Of a stretch of 64,000 nt of DNA, positions 57,514-64,000 are shown in pieces. The stretch comes from a virus, in IMG/VR virus record IMGVR_UViG_3300028284_000001; one strand, 5' to 3'. The stretch's first letter is position 1, and every line of letters starts with the position of its first letter. Both the position numbers and the translations under genes were made by a program. Below the pieces are notes generated by a model. It did no database searches, was not told where the DNA came from, and was given only the letters and a program-made list of their open reading frames with translations.

Positions 57514-58722
57514 TTAAAATAATGCCGAAGCGTAAATTAAGTTTGTATCTAATGTTTGAAGGCCAATTGCTTTCAATACTCTATTGAGTGGGTCGATCAT
57601 ACACTTTTCAAATTGTGTATCATAGTCAACTTTAGGTGCTATCTCATAAGGATGATCTCCTGGAAGATATGCGTAGACTTCAGAGATTGGTGTTTTACAG
57701 TTATAGATTTTAAGCTTCTCACCGTTACCAATCAGTTTATATTTGTTTTTAAATTTAGCATTGTTATTCAATATGTAATTGTAATAACCAGCTGCCTTTA
57801 CGTTTGCAGGACATTTAAGACCTACTTGGAATTCAATTTGATCGTCAACGATATATTTTTCAATATTATTAGTTCTACGATTAAATGCAATATCATCTAT
57901 GTTTGCTAATTGAAATTCTTTTTTAGACTCTTTCATAAAACTAACTAGCTGTTGCAATTCTTCTGCATTAGGAGTTTGTTGAGATCTAAATAATATTCTA
58001 AGTGCTTCTACTAGTTTCTCTCTAGCGAACTTAGGAGTAGAAGATTGAATTGTATCAAATCCAATAGTCTTTACTTTCTTAAGAGATGGATGCCTATCAG
58101 TAGTTTCTAATTTATCATCCCATGCAATGTTTTGAATATACTTTTTCTTTGACATCCAAATACCATTATAGGCAAGTGACTCTAGTTCAAAGAATAAGAA
58201 GTTATCCGTGTTTCTATCAGCAGCATATTTTTTCATTGTTGCTGTGATATAGTCTTTAAGTCTAAATGCATAGAATGCTAAAATAAACTCATCAATAGGT
58301 AGAGCTTTTTCTTCGTCATCCCAAATAATAGATTCATAAAGATCTTGGAATTGTACGTAACAAGAATCAGTATCAATATAGATTACTGCAGGCTTTTCAA
58401 TCTTACCCTTTACTTTAATACCGAATTGCTGATGTACTTTAGTATCTTTATGCCAAAATTCATTAACGTATTTGTTAAGAATAGATTCTGAATAAAGAAT
58501 AGCATTCTTGCCTTGTTTAGTAATGGATTCTGCAATATCTATATTAAAAAAGTGAAACCACTTATTACCGAATGCACCGTAAATAGAGTTAAGAGTTAAT
58601 TTTACAGCTTGTTCATAAGCAGTATATTTAGCAGAAAGCTGCTTGTAATGTTTTACAAGCAGCCCCGCCTCTTCTTTACTTAGTTGATCAGTTGGTTTAT
58701 TTTCTAATGCAGTTATATCCAT
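57514..58722 (-). CDS. gp43B: B-family DNA polymerase, C-terminal subunit
   Basis: KLTLNSIYGAFGN (motif B), YIDTDS (motif C), KKKY, SSTP. Confidence 0.9.
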   Translation of the reverse strand: MDITALENKPTDQLSKEEAGLLVKHYKQLSAKYTAYEQAVKLTLNSIYGAFGNKWFHFFNIDIAESITKQGKNAILYSESILNKYVNEFWHKDTKVHQQFGIKVKGKIEKPAVIYIDTDSCYVQFQDLYESIIWDDEEKALPIDEFILAFYAFRLKDYITATMKKYAADRNTDNFLFFELESLAYNGIWMSKKKYIQNIAWDDKLETTDRHPSLKKVKTIGFDTIQSSTPKFAREKLVEALRILFRSQQTPNAEELQQLVSFMKESKKEFQLANIDDIAFNRRTNNIEKYIVDDQIEFQVGLKCPANVKAAGYYNYILNNNAKFKNKYKLIGNGEKLKIYNCKTPISEVYAYLPGDHPYEIAPKVDYDTQFEKCMIDPLNRVLKAIGLQTLDTNLIYASALF

Positions 58723-58725
58723 CTA

Positions 58726-59469
58726 TTACGCTGTTTGACAAGTTGATACAGTAAGCAATGTTGCTGATTCAGTAGATTCAAATACTATTTTAGAATCTGA
58801 AATATGAACTGTTTGTTCTTCTTTGTCTAACAGGTTTAAATACTTTTTGTAAACTGTTACTGCTCCACTTCCATTTGATTCTGGATTAATTGTAGCATTA
58901 AACGATTTACCGCTAACAGCAACTCCTGTGCCATTTGCTTTTACACTAAACGTTTCGTCTTTGTCAAGTCCAAATAAGTTCTTAACTTTATTAATGGTAT
59001 GTGTGTCCATTGTAAAACTAAACTTAGTGTCGTCTGTTGCGAAAATAGCTGCTTGCTGATCTTCAGTTAAGTCTTTAAATCCTAGTGAAGGCTCTGAACA
59101 AGATAGGGTAATTTCTAACTCATCGTTAAAGATTCTTAATGTGGAAGCAACAAATTCAGTTTCAGTCTCTAGAAACTCAAGTTCACCTTTAATAGCATCA
59201 TGGTCAAAGTGCTTAATAGCATCAATAACTTTTGATCCTTCAAAGAAGGCTATTTTCATTTCCTTATCAGTGTCCGGGAAGGTGCTGATTTGGAAGATTT
59301 TATCACATGGAATGTTATGTGATTTTACTGCATCTCTCTGTGGTAGGTATACCGCAGAATTTATTTGTCCATTGTTTATTTTCATATAGACAAACGAGTC
59401 GATAAGCTTTACGCGATTAATAAATGCTGTTAGCTCATGCTGGTCAATTCGATCAATTTGTAATTTCAT
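58726..59469 (-). CDS. Probable DNA sliding clamp (gp45-like)
   Basis: 247 aa, two-lobed alpha/beta pattern, next to the polymerase subunit; clamp loader present. Confidence 0.55.
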   Translation of the reverse strand: MKLQIDRIDQHELTAFINRVKLIDSFVYMKINNGQINSAVYLPQRDAVKSHNIPCDKIFQISTFPDTDKEMKIAFFEGSKVIDAIKHFDHDAIKGELEFLETETEFVASTLRIFNDELEITLSCSEPSLGFKDLTEDQQAAIFATDDTKFSFTMDTHTINKVKNLFGLDKDETFSVKANGTGVAVSGKSFNATINPESNGSGAVTVYKKYLNLLDKEEQTVHISDSKIVFESTESATLLTVSTCQTA

Positions 59470-59492
59470 CTAAATATATTTTTGTTTGATAG

Positions 59493-59519
59493 TTATACTT
59501 GTTTTTACTAGTTAGTTTC
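59493..59519 (-). promoter_or_regulatory. Middle-type promoter GAAAC-N17-TATAA (clamp-gp43B)
   Basis: Exact motif. Confidence 0.65.
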
Positions 59520-59522
59520 ATT

Positions 59523-59555
59523 AAAAAAGCCCAGAATCCTAGAAACCTGGGCTTT
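59523..59555 (-). terminator. Intrinsic terminator after the OMP gene
   Basis: aaaaaagcccag-N12-ctgggcttt. Confidence 0.8.
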
Positions 59556-59574
59556 AAACCAAATTAGATTTAGC

Positions 59575-59991
59575 TTAGAATTTTAAGCCGAACCCAATTT
59601 GAAGGTTAGTAGTTTCAGCCCCTAAATCGTAAACGATTTTTGGATCTAAAAACATTGCTCCTTTATGGAACTCAAACATTCTCCCTACACCTATTGAAGC
59701 TTGATCGAAATCAAAATCATTAAGTGCTACATATCCAAAGAATCCTTTGTGGAAATATCTTCCTTCTAGACCTAAGACCATGTCTTCAGTTGAATCTGCT
59801 TGCGATACATTCATTCCAACCATATAGTTGTCAGCGAATGCGTAGCCGATCATTGGTTGGATTGATAAATCAGTCCAAGCCGTGTTAGTAATATCGCCAG
59901 TACCTACGTACCAGTCTCCTTTTGCGTTTTGCGCGTTAGCTCCTATTGTTGTTAATACAACTAGTGCTATTGATAAAATAATATTTTTCAT
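59575..59991 (-). CDS. Small outer-membrane beta-barrel protein (Bacteroidota type)
   Basis: Signal peptide ending ANAQ, KGDWYVG, alternating strands, C-terminal IGFGLKF. Confidence 0.8.
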   Translation of the reverse strand: MKNIILSIALVVLTTIGANAQNAKGDWYVGTGDITNTAWTDLSIQPMIGYAFADNYMVGMNVSQADSTEDMVLGLEGRYFHKGFFGYVALNDFDFDQASIGVGRMFEFHKGAMFLDPKIVYDLGAETTNLQIGFGLKF

Positions 59992-60148
59992 AATAAATTA
60001 ATTTGGTTTGTAAAAAACTTCTATTCAGTCTGCAGTTTGCAGATATCTAGGATTAGATATAGAAGTAACTGCTGTTTTTATATTTAAGCAGTATGTGGTT
60101 AATATTGTTGTTAACGAGTAATCGTTCATTTCTTTTGTTTGTGGGTCT

Positions 60149-60175
60149 TTATACAGAGTATATGTGCTTTGTTCC
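60149..60175 (-). promoter_or_regulatory. Middle-type promoter variant GGAAC-N17-TATAA
   Basis: Between the nrdA terminator and the OMP gene. Confidence 0.5.
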
Positions 60176-60196
60176 AAAAATAGTTGGCAAACATGT

Positions 60197-60235
60197 AAAA
60201 AAAGTGAGGCCAGGAAGTAGCGAACCCCTGGCCTC
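60197..60235 (-). terminator. Intrinsic terminator after nrdA
   Basis: GAGGCCAGG-N12-CCTGGCCTC-ACTTTTTTT on the minus strand. Confidence 0.8.
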
Positions 60236-60285
60236 GATCCGAGAACTATCTCGGTCCTAAGAAGTGGATTTAACCACAACTAATA

Positions 60286-62112
60286 TTATCCGTCACATGC
60301 TAAGCAATCTGGATCTGTTGCTGCTTGTGCAATATCTCCTCTTAACACTGATTCTGTTCTCATATAATAAAGGGTTTTTACTCCTTCTTTAAATGCTTCT
60401 AAATGTACTTTATTAATAAACTTAGTATCTGCTTGTGTTGGGAAAGCTAAATTTAAACTTACAGCTTGGTCAACATATTGTTGTCTAATACCTGCTTGTT
60501 TAACTAGATCTAATTGGTTTATTTCTTTAAATGTTTTAAATATATCTTTAACTGGTATATAATGATCTGCATCAATTGCAAGCAAAGATTCAAATTTCTT
60601 TTTACTAATTAAGTTATCTTTATCATTAATATTTGTAGCTACCTTTACATAATAATCATCTAAGAAATCTAAACCCTGTACAGAACCACCATCTTCTAAT
60701 ATTTTATTCCATGTTGGTTTTGAATTTCTATTAATAGTTTCTAAAAAAGCTTGTAATACTGGGTTCTTTCTAATAAATGTGCCCTTTGCTGTTTGTTCTG
60801 TAAAGACGTTAGCTGCCCAAGGCTCAATACCTGCAGATACATTACCTGCTAGTTTTGAGTTGCTTACAGTTGGTGCTATAGCTCTCAGGTGAGTGTTTCT
60901 CATACCAGTACCTCTACACCATAATGGTTCTCCCATTTCTAAAGCCATATCTCTACTAGCCTTTTCAGTTTCAGTTCTTAATTGAGAGAATATCTTTCTA
61001 GTTTCAAACTGTGCAGGTAAACCTTCAAATGGAATTCCTCTTTCTTGTAAATAAGTATGCCATCCGAGTACTCCTAATCCTAATGCTCTACCTTTTTCTG
61101 CAGATCTTACTGAATTTTCAAAGCCTCTCATGAATTTTGCCTTTTGTATAAATTCATCTAAAACTCCATCAAGGAACCAAGTAGCTGTATAAACTAAGTC
61201 TGTATTTTTCCACTCATCATATTTAGCTAAGTTTACGGAAGATAAACAACAAACAAAAGAGTGGCTTTCATCTGTATGTAGCGTAATTTCAGAGCAAATA
61301 TTAGTCATATAAACCTTAAGGCCATTCTGCTTATACGCATCTGGATTTGCTCTGTTGACATTCCCCTTATACATAATATAAGGTTCGCCAGTTGCTTTTC
61401 TTTTTCTTAGTACTCCAATCCATCGTTTACGCGCTTCAGGGTCACCCTCTTGCACTTTCTGCATAAATCCATCTGGTACTACTACACATTGATGTAGGTT
61501 AAGAGATTGTCTATTAACATCTCCTTTAGGCTCTCTAATTTCTAACCATTCCCAGAAATCACCATGTTCAATATCAATATTGACACTTGCTGCTCCTCTA
61601 CGAACAGAGCCCTGATTAGTTGCCAATATGGTACTGTCATATATTTTGCAAAACGGTACCACACCATCGCTTGTTCCATTTCCTGCTATGTTACTTCCAG
61701 CGGGTCTAATTTGGTTTATACCGACACCTACTCCACCGCCATGTTTTGCGAGTAACATCATTTCTAAATTCTTTGCTCCAATATCATGTATTGAATCTGC
61801 AATATCAATACCAAAACATGAAATAGGTAACCCTCTTTCTAGTCCTGTGTTTGATAGAACTGGAGAGGCTAAGTTTAACCAACCCTTCCATATATAATCA
61901 AAGAATTTACTTGCTAATTCTGGTTTATTAAGTCGTCTTGCTACTGTAGTAGAAACTCTCCAGTATGCATCTTTAGGCTTTTCGCCTTCCATTAAATAAC
62001 CTGCTGAAATTGTCTTTACATAGACTTCTGTATTAGCCCATAAAGGAAAATCAACCCCTAATTCCCATCCCAAGCTCTCTGCCTGGTTTACTATTTTATC
62101 GTCTGTTTTCAT
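60286..62112 (-). CDS. nrdA: Ribonucleotide reductase class Ia alpha subunit (no ATP cone)
   Basis: PISCF, GGGVG, TNICSE, AIAPT, KTLYY, C-terminal CLAC. Confidence 0.95.
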   Translation of the reverse strand: MKTDDKIVNQAESLGWELGVDFPLWANTEVYVKTISAGYLMEGEKPKDAYWRVSTTVARRLNKPELASKFFDYIWKGWLNLASPVLSNTGLERGLPISCFGIDIADSIHDIGAKNLEMMLLAKHGGGVGVGINQIRPAGSNIAGNGTSDGVVPFCKIYDSTILATNQGSVRRGAASVNIDIEHGDFWEWLEIREPKGDVNRQSLNLHQCVVVPDGFMQKVQEGDPEARKRWIGVLRKRKATGEPYIMYKGNVNRANPDAYKQNGLKVYMTNICSEITLHTDESHSFVCCLSSVNLAKYDEWKNTDLVYTATWFLDGVLDEFIQKAKFMRGFENSVRSAEKGRALGLGVLGWHTYLQERGIPFEGLPAQFETRKIFSQLRTETEKASRDMALEMGEPLWCRGTGMRNTHLRAIAPTVSNSKLAGNVSAGIEPWAANVFTEQTAKGTFIRKNPVLQAFLETINRNSKPTWNKILEDGGSVQGLDFLDDYYVKVATNINDKDNLISKKKFESLLAIDADHYIPVKDIFKTFKEINQLDLVKQAGIRQQYVDQAVSLNLAFPTQADTKFINKVHLEAFKEGVKTLYYMRTESVLRGDIAQAATDPDCLACDG

Positions 62113-62121
62113 ATTAATATT

Positions 62122-63123
62122 TTAATCAAATAAATCTTCTTCGTCCCAGTTTTCACCTTCGCCAGCCTTAGCGTAGTCAGTTGGTCTAACTGCAAAGAAA
62201 TCTGTATGTGTATGTCCACCTGTTAAATGGTAGAACCAATCTAAGTTTGCTGCTTTTTCTTCATTAAACTCAAACTCAGATTCATAACCTAATTCAACTA
62301 ATTTTTCATTAGTTCTTTTGTTAATAAATTCTTTTAAATCATCAGCGGTTAAGTTATCTAAATCGCCTTGTTCAAAAATCTTGTCAATAAACTTATGCTC
62401 CATTTTGCGCATTAAGTCTGCTGCTTGTAATACGTCAGCATAAACCTCTTGTTTCAATTCAGGGTACTCGCTACACATCTGTCTAAATAACTGACATCCC
62501 ATTTTACTATGTAATGATTCATCTCTTACTGACCACTTCATTTGTTGACCAATACCTTTCAATAAGTTTCTCATTTGGAATGAGTATAAAACTGCAAAAG
62601 AACTGTAAAGGCTTACCCCTTCTGCAAACGCAGAAAAAATTGCTAAAGATCTTGCAACTTCTTTTCTTGCAGTAGCATTAGCTGCTAAATCTTCGTGTGT
62701 ATAATCTGCAGATGTTGACGTTAATAGGTCAAATTTATCAGCCATAGTAGGTTCGTGTAAGAAGGCTTCAAAGTCTTCTAAACCTAAAGTTTCATTTAAG
62801 TAAGAATATGCTGTTGCGTGAATTGTTTCTTGTGAACCGAACATCATAGCCATTTGTTTGATTTCCCATTTTGGAAACCATTTTGTAACCATGCCAGTCC
62901 AATAGTCAGATACTGCACATTCAGTTTGTGCAAAACCTAAAAGAATATTTCCGACTAAGTGTTTTTCATGTGGTAGAAGATTTTCATTCCAATCTTTTAC
63001 GTCTCCTTGCATGGAGATTTCAGTGTGCAGCCAGAATGCTTGCGCTTGTTTTAACCAACCCTCTGTGTAATATTCAGGGTATTCAAATGGTTTAAACGGA
63101 ATTCTTTCAGTAAATAATGACAT
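62122..63123 (-). CDS. nrdB: Ribonucleotide reductase class Ia beta subunit
   Basis: FW.HTE, ETIHA.AY, EGVSLYSSF, RDESLH, DFF. Confidence 0.95.
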   Translation of the reverse strand: MSLFTERIPFKPFEYPEYYTEGWLKQAQAFWLHTEISMQGDVKDWNENLLPHEKHLVGNILLGFAQTECAVSDYWTGMVTKWFPKWEIKQMAMMFGSQETIHATAYSYLNETLGLEDFEAFLHEPTMADKFDLLTSTSADYTHEDLAANATARKEVARSLAIFSAFAEGVSLYSSFAVLYSFQMRNLLKGIGQQMKWSVRDESLHSKMGCQLFRQMCSEYPELKQEVYADVLQAADLMRKMEHKFIDKIFEQGDLDNLTADDLKEFINKRTNEKLVELGYESEFEFNEEKAANLDWFYHLTGGHTHTDFFAVRPTDYAKAGEGENWDEEDLFD

Positions 63124-63300
63124 TTGCGATATTTTGTTTTTAAGTTGTATGTTAGTTTTGTTACTAGTTAATTAAATATTAAGAACTGTTAGACCAAAAA
63201 AGGTCTATACGTAGACCTAATTCAATCTCTTATTACCTAATAAGCTTGCAGTAATACTTGATGTTTTATATATCGTATTACTGCTGGCCATAGTTAAGTT

Positions 63301-64000
63301 TTAGAGCTTAAATTTTTTTGTTAATTCGTCAGCTTTTGTATAATACTCGTAAGATGTTTTCTTGTAATCTTTTCTTTGAGCATACAAATCTCCTAGAATC
63401 TTTTTAAGAACGCTTTCCTCTTTTGAATAAACAACTCCGTTTTGACAGACAATAACATCTTCGTCTTTTCTACGTTCTTTAACTTCATCTTCAGAAACTT
63501 TTTCTAAAAATGAATCCGGGGATATGTTAAATTGCATCATGATGGATGGATATAGTGACGCGAAATCAAATGCGCTAACACCACCATAATATCCAACGAT
63601 TGGCTGTTTAACAAAAGCACCTTCATACTTTGTATCTTTTTTACCGTCTTCTTTGTCCCATTCAGTACCGATACGTTTCTGTTGTTCGGCTAATTTACGA
63701 GCGATTAAAGATTCAGTAATAGCCACAGGTGACGCAGCTTTGTATAGTGGCAATTTAGTAATGGTTGCCAATGTTAATAGTACTTCCATTGATCTTAATT
63801 TCTGATCAATATAATAAACCAACACGGAGTCAATTACGTTATAGAAAACATATTTCTTAAAGTCGTTTTCATATAAATCTTGTAATGATCCACTATAATT
63901 AATTTTACTAATACCATCTAGGACTGCTCCAGAAACAAATGCAAGCGCATTTGACTCTTTTACGTGACCTGATCTATCGTATTTATCATACAATTGCATA
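63301..64000 (-). CDS. gp43A: B-family DNA polymerase, N-terminal subunit (5' partial)
   Basis: ExoIII YNVIDS, YEGAFV, motif A DFASLYPS, ends after LYAQRKDYKK with a stop. Confidence 0.9.
   Translation of the reverse strand, partial: MQLYDKYDRSGHVKESNALAFVSGAVLDGISKINYSGSLQDLYENDFKKYVFYNVIDSVLVYYIDQKLRSMEVLLTLATITKLPLYKAASPVAITESLIARKLAEQQKRIGTEWDKEDGKKDTKYEGAFVKQPIVGYYGGVSAFDFASLYPSIMMQFNISPDSFLEKVSEDEVKERRKDEDVIVCQNGVVYSKEESVLKKILGDLYAQRKDYKKTSYEYYTKADELTKKFKL

Noticed and set aside
60025-60279. 84-aa minus ORF after nrdA
   Set aside because: It runs through hairpins, a terminator and a promoter motif; at most a 34-aa peptide from ATG 60129, which I cannot support

Overview
This is an AT-rich segment of a large T4-like (myovirus) phage genome, almost all on the minus strand. 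The host is most likely a member of the Bacteroidota, inferred from T9SS sorting domains, a Bacteroidota-type outer-membrane barrel and promoter motifs. Core virion genes: capsid, fused protease-scaffold, portal, terminase, sheath, tube, neck, tail completion and tape measure. Core replication genes: a split B-family DNA polymerase, clamp and loader, helicase, UvsX, gp46/47, RNase H and class Ia ribonucleotide reductase. There are six canonical tRNAs plus one D-armless tRNA-like RNA with a UAU anticodon, and a block of accessory metabolic and repair genes. Main observations: (1) an 8-gene exported-protein cluster at 1-7157 with cohesin+T9SS-CTD, cohesin+dockerin, PA14+dockerin, CsgG-like and type-B-CTD proteins, which reads like an anchor-shaft-lectin-tip surface assembly under divergent late promoters; (2) three promoter classes that fit a host-sigma, phage ECF sigma, gp55 late sigma cascade; (3) the aberrant tRNA-like RNA; (4) polymerase halves separated by nrdB, nrdA, an OMP gene and the clamp gene. 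All family calls come from recognising motifs by eye, not from database searches.
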